From assembly GCA_963748825.1 (NCBI GenBank), contig CAVVKN010000020.1:1-21454 (forward strand): a DNA stretch of 21,454 bases, written 5' to 3'. A program made the translations under genes and the position numbers. Below the pieces are notes generated by a model. The model ran no database searches and was not told where the DNA came from. It saw nothing but the letters and a program-made list of their open reading frames with translations. This DNA comes from Methanotrichaceae archaeon. GTDB taxonomy: Archaea; Halobacteriota; Methanosarcinia; Methanotrichales; Methanotrichaceae. This document shows, piece after piece, positions 1-9,142 of the stretch (position 1 is its first letter; every line of letters starts with the position of its first letter).

Positions 1-2
1 CG

Positions 3-2525
3 ATGTCTGCATCAGATCTGGAAACGATTGCATTATTAGAGGCTGGTGAACCACTCACTCTTTGGAAGTACGCATGTGCTAGCGATAGAATCCGAGACAT
101 TACATCTATTACGAGAGTTGATGAGCTTGATGAATTTCAACTTTATCGCAATCACCATTATAGCTACTATTTTTCTGATAATGCTAAACCAACAGGTCTT
201 TTTATTTCTCCAGGTGGTGCAGGAGAGCTTCGCGTAGAAGCAGCAAAAATAAGAGATTTGCATGGTGCCGTATCATATATCAATGGTTATATAATGGACG
301 TTATCGCTCTTCATGGAGATAAAAAATTTCCGATTTATATTCCGAAAGCTAAATTAATTGATAACGGGCAGGTCGCAATATTGGTGGAAGGATTTTCTCT
401 TCCAATTTGGATTATCGGTCCATTATATAAGAATAAGGATCAAGCAAAATTACATAGTAGATACTGCGATTTTGCAGATGCCATCGGATATTGGTTATGG
501 CAATTTACGCCATCTCTCAGCTCTGTTTTGCAGTCTATTTACTCAAAATATAAATATATAATTATTAATATTAATCTTTTACCAAATGATCTTTGGCTAA
601 AAGATCAAAATCCACAGGATAGAGATAAAAATGAATATTTGGATATTTATGCTGATCTACAAAAAGGCCACATAAATATAATATTTAAAGTAAATATAAA
701 GGTGTTGCTAGAAAGAGCAGATAATATTGGGGAACGATATATTATGCAACAGATATTGAATGGCTTTAAAGATTTGTTGCCAGCAAATGAGAAACAAGAT
801 TTAGCGGATGAAGCCATTGCTGGAATAATTGATAACTACATGCCAATTGGTATTAAAAAGAAAATAATAAATATTTATTCCAATAATGCATTAGATCTCG
901 ATCCAAATGGTGTCCCTTCGTTTCGCAAGTTACAAGAAGCGGATATAAATGAGTTCTTAGATCTTCTTGGAGATAATATAATATCCACTAATGGGCTTAA
1001 GATAGGAAGAATCGATGATAAGCAACGAACATTTATACTTAATAAGATTGTTTCGGTATTTTACTTTGATGAATTAAAAAAATTAGTCTCATCGTTACGG
1101 CCGGAAGGATTATTAGAATGGTTGATTATGTATCATGAATCAATTATAAATAATTTAGCAGTGCACAAAGTAACAACAACAACGCGAATTGCGCTTTTTA
1201 ATACTGATTCTCAAGTAAAAGAGCTTCTTGCAAAAGAGTTTAAGGAAATCAATGAAGCTGCTATAGCCAGCCGCTTCGTCATAGAGTACATTGCAGCTCA
1301 GCCGCCTAATGGTCTTCGCCCAATGAGTTATAGCGTTTATGATCAACTCCAAGCTATTGCCAGTCATATAATTAACTTTGGGTTCATGAGCGATTTAATC
1401 CATAATAATCTCGCAGATATAAAACTAAATATTCTCCCTTCAAGACGGTTAGGTTCGGGGGCGAGTCAATTCGAAAAAGCGCGCGCATCCTACATACCGA
1501 GCTTTCTATCTGGTGAGATTGTCCGCCGTACAAATTACTTTGAATCTTATTGGAAAAAGCAGGAAACTGTTGTGGAAAAATCGGATTTTGAGAAAAGGAT
1601 TGATGAAGCATGTTCATTAGAATTTGGCCATTCTCTAGCAGAGATATTGGCCTTGATAACGGAATCTATCAGGATTGGACAAGAATTAAATCCAGTTGTT
1701 GCTTGCCTTCCGCTTAATGAGTTCGGAGATCAATTAGCGGAGAGGCTTGGATGGCAAAAAGATAAAGTCGTTCTGGCTATCGAATTACTATCACTTAAAC
1801 CTCGTATCGATTTCTTTGAATCCGAGATACCGTATAAAAAGGAAGATATCTATCCATGGCGATTTAATAGGTCTCTTTCTTATATTAGGCGACCTTTTAT
1901 TATTCGTAATTGCTGTGGTAAGGCTGAAGTTTTATGGGGGATTCGACATATTCATGATGCTGGGCATAATTTTCTTGCGCTAATCATGGGCGGTCGCTTA
2001 AAGGCCAATCGCAAAGAGATGAAAATAATATTAAGTGAAATTAACGATAATAGAGGCACAAACTTTAACAATAGAGTATCTAATTTGTTTAGTAAAAATT
2101 CAAATGTTATTGTTAAAAGAAATATTAAAAAAATAGGAAAAACGCACATAAGAGACTCTAAAGGGCTTGATCTTGGAGACATCGATGTTCTTGTTATTAA
2201 TCCTAAAAAACGATTAATCGAAGTAGTGGAATGCAAAGATTTGGCTCTTGCGCGTACTCCTCAAGAAATGAGGATTGAGCTCGAAAATCTATTTGAAGGT
2301 GGTAGACATAGATCTATTGTCGAACGCCATCAGAGGCGTACGGATTGGGTTCGCAGGCATCTAAACGAGATTTTATTGTGGCTGAAAATGGGATCGGAAT
2401 TTTCTGAAGGATGGAAAATAAAGCCTCTGATAGTTGTGGATATTGAGTTGATAACGCCCTATATCCGAAAATCTAAAATTGATGTTAAATCGTTTATAGA
2501 ATTAGAGGAAGAATTAGTGAAATGA
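3..2525 (+). CDS. Large uncharacterised protein (probably 5'-truncated) with a C-terminal PD-(D/E)xK/NERD-like nuclease domain
   Basis: 840-aa ORF that is open to the window edge. The C-terminal motif GDIDVLVI...IEVVECKD matches the D...(D/E)xK restriction-endonuclease fold. Much more AT-rich than the housekeeping genes downstream. Confidence 0.7.
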   Translation: MSASDLETIALLEAGEPLTLWKYACASDRIRDITSITRVDELDEFQLYRNHHYSYYFSDNAKPTGLFISPGGAGELRVEAAKIRDLHGAVSYINGYIMDVIALHGDKKFPIYIPKAKLIDNGQVAILVEGFSLPIWIIGPLYKNKDQAKLHSRYCDFADAIGYWLWQFTPSLSSVLQSIYSKYKYIIININLLPNDLWLKDQNPQDRDKNEYLDIYADLQKGHINIIFKVNIKVLLERADNIGERYIMQQILNGFKDLLPANEKQDLADEAIAGIIDNYMPIGIKKKIINIYSNNALDLDPNGVPSFRKLQEADINEFLDLLGDNIISTNGLKIGRIDDKQRTFILNKIVSVFYFDELKKLVSSLRPEGLLEWLIMYHESIINNLAVHKVTTTTRIALFNTDSQVKELLAKEFKEINEAAIASRFVIEYIAAQPPNGLRPMSYSVYDQLQAIASHIINFGFMSDLIHNNLADIKLNILPSRRLGSGASQFEKARASYIPSFLSGEIVRRTNYFESYWKKQETVVEKSDFEKRIDEACSLEFGHSLAEILALITESIRIGQELNPVVACLPLNEFGDQLAERLGWQKDKVVLAIELLSLKPRIDFFESEIPYKKEDIYPWRFNRSLSYIRRPFIIRNCCGKAEVLWGIRHIHDAGHNFLALIMGGRLKANRKEMKIILSEINDNRGTNFNNRVSNLFSKNSNVIVKRNIKKIGKTHIRDSKGLDLGDIDVLVINPKKRLIEVVECKDLALARTPQEMRIELENLFEGGRHRSIVERHQRRTDWVRRHLNEILLWLKMGSEFSEGWKIKPLIVVDIELITPYIRKSKIDVKSFIELEEELVK

Positions 2526-2687
2526 CATATCATGTATAATTAGTAGATATTATTATAATATAAAATATATTGATTAATATCCACACATGAAGCATTCCAT
2601 GATTCTTGAGCGCTAGAAACAGATCTATCTTAGTGTCTCTGCACCTTTTGGCCTTGCGATGAGTTGGCATAACCCGAATTGCCCCAT

Positions 2688-2703
2688 TAAAAAGCTATAA
2701 ATA
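2688..2703 (+). promoter_or_regulatory. Putative archaeal BRE/TATA promoter for the wHTH gene
   Basis: A-rich TAAAAAGC followed by TATAAATA (2696-2703), about 30 bp upstream of GGTGAT-ATG (2728-2736). Confidence 0.5.
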
Positions 2704-2782
2704 CCACCTCAGTTAACAATTGTGATTGGTGATATGAAAATGAGGGATCGCCTTTGCTGACGCGGAAATACAGCCGCATAGT

Positions 2783-3019
2783 TTGAACCTGGACCGCTTG
2801 CCGCCATCGGCCAAGCTGGTTATCAAGGTGCTGGAATCAGGAAGCCTTTTGACCCAAAAGGAGATCATAAACAGGACCTACCTTCCCGCCAGAACTGTCA
2901 GATACGCATTAACCAGGCTAGAGGAAGAGAACCTTCTTTCAAAAAGATTCTACTTCCCAGACGCACGCCAGAGCCTCTACGGCCTTAATGCCACATCCCT
3001 GGAGGTGATGACTGCATAG
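2783..3019 (+). CDS. Small winged helix-turn-helix transcriptional regulator (MarR/ArsR-like archaeal family)
   Basis: LPPSAKLVIKVLE...LTQKEIINRTYLPARTVRYALTRLEEENLL is a typical archaeal wHTH pattern. The real start may be the ATG at 2734, linked by a 1-nt frameshift near 2743. Confidence 0.8.
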   Translation: MNLDRLPPSAKLVIKVLESGSLLTQKEIINRTYLPARTVRYALTRLEEENLLSKRFYFPDARQSLYGLNATSLEVMTA

Positions 3020-3145
3020 TCATATTTTTTTACATATTTTCAACTATTATTTTTTTAAATTCGCGCAAAAAATGACTCGAAATGTCATGGGCAATTTAAT
3101 TAATCATGGCGTTCAGATAATTGATCTGAGAATGGGAGAAGTGAT

Positions 3146-3445
3146 ATGGAACACATAAAAATGCAGCTAACTGGAAAGCAGGCAGATGGATACGTGATAC
3201 CTCTTGGGCCAGTCAATCTAGTGAACGTCGTCACCGATGTGGGAATGGTAGGCTGCGGGGCTTTTGATGTTGCGGCCCTAAACAACTTCGGCTACCCTGC
3301 TGCAAAGGTCAGGCCCTCCCAAGGGAGCTCGATTGCCACCATCGAAGACCTTCTGCAGGGCATAGTCAAGGAAGTAAATCCCGCGGGAGAGTTGCTGGGA
3401 TTGAAAGTTGGCCAGACCGGCAGAGAAGCTCTTGAATTGCTGTAG
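3146..3445 (+). CDS. YunC family (DUF1805) protein
   Basis: 99 aa with GMVGCGAFDVAAL...AAKV...TIEDLL...VKEVN..G..LG.KVGQTGREAL, the DUF1805 pattern. Confidence 0.8.
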   Translation: MEHIKMQLTGKQADGYVIPLGPVNLVNVVTDVGMVGCGAFDVAALNNFGYPAAKVRPSQGSSIATIEDLLQGIVKEVNPAGELLGLKVGQTGREALELL

Positions 3446-3509
3446 CCGAAATTTTGATACCCAATGTCCCTGAAAAAAATTTTTTGGGCTAAAATGTAAG
3501 GCGCGACCA

Positions 3510-3566
3510 TCATCTGCACACGCTCACCAATCGGCTGACTGCGTCGCTTGTTATCATGCCTATTAC
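3510..3566 (-). pseudogene. 3' remnant of a CBS-domain protein, probably homoserine O-acetyltransferase (MetX) with C-terminal CBS domains
   Basis: The minus strand reads [18 protein letters not shown]-stop, the 'GxIT..D' end of a CBS domain, directly abutting the metY fragment. The MetX assignment is inferred from the metY-metX(CBS) arrangement in Methanomicrobia. Confidence 0.5.
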
Positions 3567-3815
3567 CCATAAGTGCCGCCGCAAAGGTTGTTGGCGGAAA
3601 CGATTTCATCCCCCACCTGGGTGATGGCTAGAAGCGCCAGGGAAATAGCGGCTTGGCCGGATGCCGCGGCCAGGGCGGCATTGCCACCTTCCAGGGCTGC
3701 AATGCGTTTCTCGAAGACATCACTGGTCGGGTTCACGATTCTGGTGTAGATGTTGCCCAATCCTTCAAGGCAAAGAGATTCGCAGCATGGTCTTGCTCCT
3801 AAAGACGTAGGACGC
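3563..3815 (-). pseudogene. metY: Fragment of O-acetylhomoserine sulfhydrylase (MetY/CysD family)
   Basis: [64 protein letters not shown], preceded in shifted frames by ASYVFRS and [10 protein letters not shown]. The start and about 80% of the protein are missing. Confidence 0.85.
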
Positions 3816-3820
3816 AGCCA

Positions 3821-3916
3821 GGTATAGACAGGATAGCGCCGGATAGGTTTGACTTGATAGGCAGCCTCATCGCCCTGATAGGAGTAATAATCATCATGTA
3901 CTGGCCGCTGGCTTGA
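3821..3916 (+). pseudogene. C-terminal fragment of a YnfA/UPF0060 small membrane protein
   Basis: The plus strand reads [31 protein letters not shown]-stop, matching the last helix of YnfA (PDrfDliG..ialiGv.iImywPR). No 5' part is present. Confidence 0.7.
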
Positions 3917-4010
3917 GCCAGGAGCTTGGGATCTGACTTGGCATCTTGGGCCTATTTTATGGAATGCGGCTCTTTGTGACATCTACCGCTACCATCAGAG
4001 CGACTCGGTT

Positions 4011-4496
4011 TCATACCTCTGCCAGGATAACCACGTAGTTCTTGCCATAGACTTTGGCGCACTTTGGGCAGGTTGTGTAGAAAACATACGTCTTCTTTGC
4101 TGTTTTCCCTTTTGATGTGACGAATGAATTCATATCTCTCATCCACTTGCTCACGTCCTTGTATGGTCCCTCAAATACTTTAGTCAAAAATGTTCCGGAA
4201 ATTTTTACTACGTCTGCTCCTTTGAAATCTTTCTCAACTGCAATATATAGATCAGATCCCCACATGGACTTTTCATCGGAGAGCACAATTGTCTCTTTGG
4301 CAGACGCTCCGGCCTTTTCGATCTTTTCCATATTCTTCACCATAACCTGCCCGAAATTGAGAGGAATATGAAGAAAGCTCCTGACCTTATCCTTGACAAA
4401 TAGTTTGTCGGTCCACGTTACCTCTTTTTCGTCCCACGCTTCAGGGTTGAATCTGGGGCAGCATCCGGTTTCGTTCGTCTCATTTTGTGTATCCAT
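4011..4496 (-). CDS. Conserved hypothetical protein with N-terminal CCP and C-terminal TCPKC motifs (GyrI-like fold suspected; often labelled 'hydrolase')
   Basis: 161-aa ORF, GCCPRFNPEAWD...FEGPYKD...YTTCPKCAKVYGKNYVV. A TATA-like TATATAAATA lies about 40 bp upstream (4536-4545). Confidence 0.7.
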   Translation of the reverse strand: MDTQNETNETGCCPRFNPEAWDEKEVTWTDKLFVKDKVRSFLHIPLNFGQVMVKNMEKIEKAGASAKETIVLSDEKSMWGSDLYIAVEKDFKGADVVKISGTFLTKVFEGPYKDVSKWMRDMNSFVTSKGKTAKKTYVFYTTCPKCAKVYGKNYVVILAEV

Positions 4497-4549
4497 ATCT
4501 ATACTTCCCGTTGAACAAACCTTTCAAAAAGTTAATATTTATATATTAT

Positions 4550-5557
4550 CGAGTACGAACCTGCCCAATTTTTGGCGTTCTCGGATTACAGATTCTTGAT
4601 CAATTTCGAGATCAGATTCAATCGCATACTGATAAATTCGCGCTTCATCCTTCTTCGGCCTACCCCTCTTTTTTTCTGCACGCTCTAAAATAGAAGAGGC
4701 CCCCAGGTCTTTAAGCTTGAATAGGGGATGATCCGAAATCCATTTCTTTGCAGCGGCTATGGCATCTGGTTCACAAGCGTACCGTTGACGTTTCAGAGAA
4801 TTGAGATCTTTCTGGGCATCATCCATCTTTTTTTGAAGGTTTTTATCAAAGGTCTTCTCCTTTTGCGCCTGCATCTCCTGGGACCAGAAAACCGCAGCTT
4901 TCTGAGGAATGCCTCCATAATTCAGATATGTAGTATGGAACGCATAGCGTGGATCCGTTGCAGGTATCATTTCCAATTCTGCTGAAATTAAAGCCTTTGC
5001 TGCCCCTACAGTTTCAGGAATACGAGTGATCCAATGCAGATCTTTTCCCAGTAGCTTGAGATTTTCTTCAGAATAGATAGCGCTATCTGCAACCCAATAA
5101 TTTGAATCATCGAAGGAAATGGACTCTCTCAGTCTCTGGATCATATCTGGCAAACTTTTTTTATCAGATTTGTTTCCGGAGAACGACTGCATAAAAAGAG
5201 GAACTCCATGTTGATTCACGACCATTCCCAGAACGAAACGCTTAAGGTCCATTCGGTTATCTTTGGCATGGCCAAAAGTAATTTTAATTGAATCTGTTCC
5301 ATCTGGAGCATCACCTTCATACTTTCCAAACATCGAGAAGTTTGTCGTATCCACATGTAGTAGATGCGTTTCCTCGGTCATTTTGTTCATGACTTGCAGA
5401 GCAAGCTCGTTAAACAGCTCCGTTGGACCATAGTCAAAAATTGTATCTAATGTTCGCGATAATGTGTCATCATTCAGGTTAGATGGCGAAATGCCTTCTC
5501 CCAATAAACTCTCGGTAGGAAGACCTATGAAAAAATTGGAGTAAAAATAGAGACGAG
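4550..5557 (-). mobile_element. Truncated IS1634-family transposase fragment (internal ~1 kb)
   Basis: DDE-type motifs HVDTTNFS, GHAKDNRMDLKRF and VADSAIYS. About 98% identical by eye (roughly 20 substitutions) to 20234-21241. Lacks the C-terminus and the cognate TIRs. Confidence 0.9.
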
Positions 5558-5829
5558 CTTGGATGGATTGAGCGGATATCTTCGTAGGATAAGTTTGACC
5601 ACCTAATTTCTTGGTTCGTTACCATTCAAAAAAATTTGTGGTTTGTCCCGGAGCAAAAGGCGTCTTTGTCTTTTCTGTCATAATTTTTCGGATCCTCTGC
5701 AGTGGGATGGGGAATGCAGGTTAATACCCCAGGGTCTATGAAGTCGATTTCGATAGTAACGCATTAGAAGTCAATGAATATCATTTGCGATCAGCTAGTC
5801 ATTCACTGAGGGCCTATTTAGGAAATATC

Positions 5830-6339
5830 TCAAATCCCCTGGGGAACTTGAAGTTGTCTTTGTCCCAGCTCCTTATCCGCTGCCTCCAAAGCCGCCCTGT
5901 CATTTCCTGCGGCTTTGACTTTGTTCAGCACGTTGTCAGAGGACTCTTCCTCTTCCACCTGCTCTTTCACATACCACTGCAGGAAGTCCTTCGTCACCTC
6001 GTCCTTTTCCTTCTCGGCCACCTTGACAAGAGTCTGAATGAGCCCGGTCACTACGCGCTCATGATCCCAGACATGCTGGAAAGCCTGTAGGGGCGAGGCC
6101 CAGGCGAACTGGGGTGCCTCCACAGCCAGCATCTTAGCTCTGCCGCCTTTTCCGGCTGCGTAGTCGAGCATCCTCATGGTATGAACCAGCTCCTCGCCGG
6201 CCTGCAGTCTCATCCAATGGGCAAAGCCCTTCATATTAATAGACTCGAAATAATAGGACATGGAGAGATAGAGATAGGAGGAGTACAATTCCCTATTCGC
6301 CTGAACATTCAAAGCTTCATTCATATTTTCACTGAGCAT
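5830..6339 (-). CDS. ftnA: Non-heme ferritin
   Basis: LNVQANRELYSSYLYLSMS...GFAHWMRLQAGEELVH...HERVVT...FLQWYVKEQVEEE contains the ferroxidase-centre residues of prokaryotic ferritins. Confidence 0.93.
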   Translation of the reverse strand: MLSENMNEALNVQANRELYSSYLYLSMSYYFESINMKGFAHWMRLQAGEELVHTMRMLDYAAGKGGRAKMLAVEAPQFAWASPLQAFQHVWDHERVVTGLIQTLVKVAEKEKDEVTKDFLQWYVKEQVEEEESSDNVLNKVKAAGNDRAALEAADKELGQRQLQVPQGI

Positions 6340-6381
6340 GGCAATACACCCTAATCCTCAATTCGCAAGCATTTTTCCTTT

Positions 6382-6543
6382 CTACTTCGCCTTCTCAAAC
6401 TGCTCTTTGCCTACACCGCATTCCGGACAGACCCAATCATCGGGAAGGTCCTCGAATGCCGTTCCTGGAGCGATGCCGGAGGTGGAATCTCCTTTTTCCG
6501 GATCGTAGATGTATCCGCAAACCGTACAAACATACTTATCCAT
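6382..6543 (-). CDS. rub: Rubredoxin (53 aa, not in the ORF track)
   Basis: Manual translation gives [53 protein letters not shown]-stop, with two CxxC motifs. A GGTGAG RBS lies upstream. Confidence 0.96.
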   Translation of the reverse strand: MDKYVCTVCGYIYDPEKGDSTSGIAPGTAFEDLPDDWVCPECGVGKEQFEKAK

Positions 6544-6557
6544 TTTTCACTCACCTT

Positions 6558-7412
6558 CTAAATGAAATTTTCCAGCAGCATCTTTATTTTGCTGTCTCTT
6601 TCCGATAAATTCTGCTTATATTCTGGAAATGACTGATCAAAGCGCGGCGCATCAATCTCGTAGAACTTGCCCAGAGGAATGGCAGCATCGGAGCGATCGT
6701 AGTTCCAGGAGCGAATGATCTTTTGAGCCTCCTCGAAGCTTGCAGCATCGTTGCCCTGCTCAGTGTAGGTCCACTTATTGTAGCTCTCGTACAGGTTGTT
6801 GTAAGAGACGCAGACCTGGAGAACATCCACAAAGGAAAAGCCCTTGTGCAATATCGCTTCCTTAAAGAGCTTCTGCAGCTGTTCAATGCCGTGCGTGTAG
6901 CCCCGGGCAATGTAAGACGCTCCGCTGACCAGCATCAGCTCTAGCGGATTCAAAGGATGCTCGCTTGTGCCCGCGGGCGTGGACTTGCCCTTGAAGCCCT
7001 GGGGTGATGTGGGCGTGTACTGGCCGGTGGTCAAGCCGTAGACGCGGTTGTCGTGCAGGATCATTGTAAGATCGATGTTCCTCTTGGCGGCGAAGATGAG
7101 ATGATCAAGCCCCTCTGCCAGGCTATCTCCATCTCCGGAAAAGCAGATCACCTTTAAATCGGGATTGGCGATCTTTATGGCCGAGGCCGCAGGCAGCGTT
7201 CGGCCGTGGATGGAATAGAAGCTGTTCACATTCATGTAGTCTACGATCTTGGCGTGGCAGCCGATGCCGGAGACCAGGACGACGTTTTCTATGGGGTAGC
7301 CTTCGCCGTCCAGCTCTGCCAGAACCGATCTCATGGCACTCAAGATGGAGAAGTTGCCGCAGCCGGGACACCAGGTGTTCTTAGCTGTGGTAGCCAGATC
7401 TTTAGGATTCAT
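6558..7412 (-). CDS. 2-oxoacid:ferredoxin oxidoreductase beta subunit (TPP-binding)
   Basis: WCPGCG, SGIGC, HGR, GDGD...DNRVYGLTTGQ and QVCVSYN motifs. Start overlaps the alpha-subunit stop (ATGA). Confidence 0.93.
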   Translation of the reverse strand: MNPKDLATTAKNTWCPGCGNFSILSAMRSVLAELDGEGYPIENVVLVSGIGCHAKIVDYMNVNSFYSIHGRTLPAASAIKIANPDLKVICFSGDGDSLAEGLDHLIFAAKRNIDLTMILHDNRVYGLTTGQYTPTSPQGFKGKSTPAGTSEHPLNPLELMLVSGASYIARGYTHGIEQLQKLFKEAILHKGFSFVDVLQVCVSYNNLYESYNKWTYTEQGNDAASFEEAQKIIRSWNYDRSDAAIPLGKFYEIDAPRFDQSFPEYKQNLSERDSKIKMLLENFI

Positions 7413-9142
7413 GCCAGGGCCCTCCCCAGCTGTGCCAGAAGATCTTCCACGGAAAAAGGTCTGCCGTCATATTTCAAAATTTGGTCCTGGGCCTGGATCT
7501 TGATGCCATAAAAGCCGGCCAGCCTGGCCAGTTGGCCGGTCGAGTTGCATTCTACTGCAAGGAGCCTCTCGACTCCCTGCAGGGCATCCTTTAGCTTTCT
7601 TTCCGGGAAGGGCGAGAGGACCAGCACCTGAATCACGCGTAGTCCCAATTTTATAGCCGCCTCCATGCATACTCCTTTATTCGAACCCCAGCAGAGCAGG
7701 GCGGTCTTGCTCTTTTCGTCCCCAAAGACCTTCACAGTCTCGTATCTCTCCAGATCAGCGGCCATGAATTGGGCTTTTCTCTGGCGTTTGTCGCTGGTCT
7801 CCCTGGTTATTTGTGGGTCCTCAGAGGTTATGCCACTTTCATCGTGAGTGTAGCTGTCCGTCTTAATCACCTGCCCTTTTTGAGGGGGGAAGGCCAGAGG
7901 CGAGACGCCCGTTTCCGTGTAAATGTAGCGCTTGTAAGTTCCCTGTCCATCCCAGAGCAGAGGAGCCTGCTGTGCTTGCTCTTTCAGCTCGCTTGTCAAG
8001 TCACCTGCATTATCAATGTCAAAGCTGTACTGGCTCTCGCTGACGGTCTTGTCGGTGAGAACGAATGAGGGCACCTGAAACTTCCAGGCCATATTCAGGG
8101 CCACGCAGGACCAGTAGTAAGCCTCTTCTGCGTCTCCTGGTGCGACTATAAATCTGGGAAACTCCCCCTGACCGGCATTGAGTACGAAGTGCAGATCGCC
8201 CTGCGCTGTGTAGGTGGGAAGACCCGTGGAAGGTCCCGTTCTCTGGGCCATGACCACTACCACCGGCATCTCCGCCATGCCTGCCAGGCTGAGGCCTTCG
8301 GTCATGAGGCAAAATCCGCCGCCCGACGTCCCCACGGCCGCTTTGACCCCGGCATAGGCGAACCCTTGGGCCATGAGCATCACTGCGATCTCGCTTTCCG
8401 GATGAATCACCTTGAGGCCGAACTGCGGGCCAAATTTTGCCATGAAGTCCAGCACGCTTGATGAAGGAGTCATGGGATAGGCGACGTAAGCCCCCAGCCC
8501 GGCTTTGATCAGTCCCAGGCTGATGGCCTGGTTGCCGGTTATGATAGGAAGAGGCTTTTGGTCTTGCTTCTCCAAATGACTATCTGCACGATCTGCACCG
8601 CTATCTATGTGACAGAACTCTGTCGCCTGGTCGTAGCCCTGCCGGGCCACAAGCAAATTCAGTTCCAGCTTCTTTGGCATATGTTTTTTTAAGACATCTT
8701 CCAGGACGGCCCAGTCTATGCCCACAACCTTGCAGTATCCGCCTATTATGCAGGTATTCTTCATGACCGCGGGGGCAGCCGCCTCCTTCAGGATCTGGGT
8801 GATGGTAAGGCCGCAGCCCTTATGCTTTGTATCGTCAAGTTTTACCTTATCTGCATCGTAAATCACAAAGGAGCTATCCTTGAGACGGCTCGTGTGCTTC
8901 TCTACAGTCTCCTGGTTGAGAGCTACCAGGACATCGATCTGGTCCATGTGAGCAGCGATCTTTTGTCTGGAAGCTCTGACTAAAGAGAAATTATGCCCAC
9001 CCCTGATAAGGGAGGGATAGTCGTAGTACATGTAAATGTGATAGCCAAGACGGCTAAAGAGGCGAGACACGGTTATTCCGGCCTCATTTATGCCGTCACC
9101 GGCTATACCACCGATAAGTGTAGAAAAATTATCCATCTTCAT
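7409..9142 (-). CDS. 2-oxoacid:ferredoxin oxidoreductase alpha subunit (fused gamma-alpha, KorA type)
   Basis: GGIAGDGI, YPSLIRGGHN, YPMTPSS, ESEIA, TSGGGFCLMTEG, QRTGPSTGLPT and KYDGRPF motifs. Confidence 0.93.
   Translation of the reverse strand: MKMDNFSTLIGGIAGDGINEAGITVSRLFSRLGYHIYMYYDYPSLIRGGHNFSLVRASRQKIAAHMDQIDVLVALNQETVEKHTSRLKDSSFVIYDADKVKLDDTKHKGCGLTITQILKEAAAPAVMKNTCIIGGYCKVVGIDWAVLEDVLKKHMPKKLELNLLVARQGYDQATEFCHIDSGADRADSHLEKQDQKPLPIITGNQAISLGLIKAGLGAYVAYPMTPSSSVLDFMAKFGPQFGLKVIHPESEIAVMLMAQGFAYAGVKAAVGTSGGGFCLMTEGLSLAGMAEMPVVVVMAQRTGPSTGLPTYTAQGDLHFVLNAGQGEFPRFIVAPGDAEEAYYWSCVALNMAWKFQVPSFVLTDKTVSESQYSFDIDNAGDLTSELKEQAQQAPLLWDGQGTYKRYIYTETGVSPLAFPPQKGQVIKTDSYTHDESGITSEDPQITRETSDKRQRKAQFMAADLERYETVKVFGDEKSKTALLCWGSNKGVCMEAAIKLGLRVIQVLVLSPFPERKLKDALQGVERLLAVECNSTGQLARLAGFYGIKIQAQDQILKYDGRPFSVEDLLAQLGRALA

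Noticed and set aside
3563-3982. 139-aa ORF as a real gene
   Set aside because: It is a chance read-through across a metY fragment and the antisense of a ynfA fragment.
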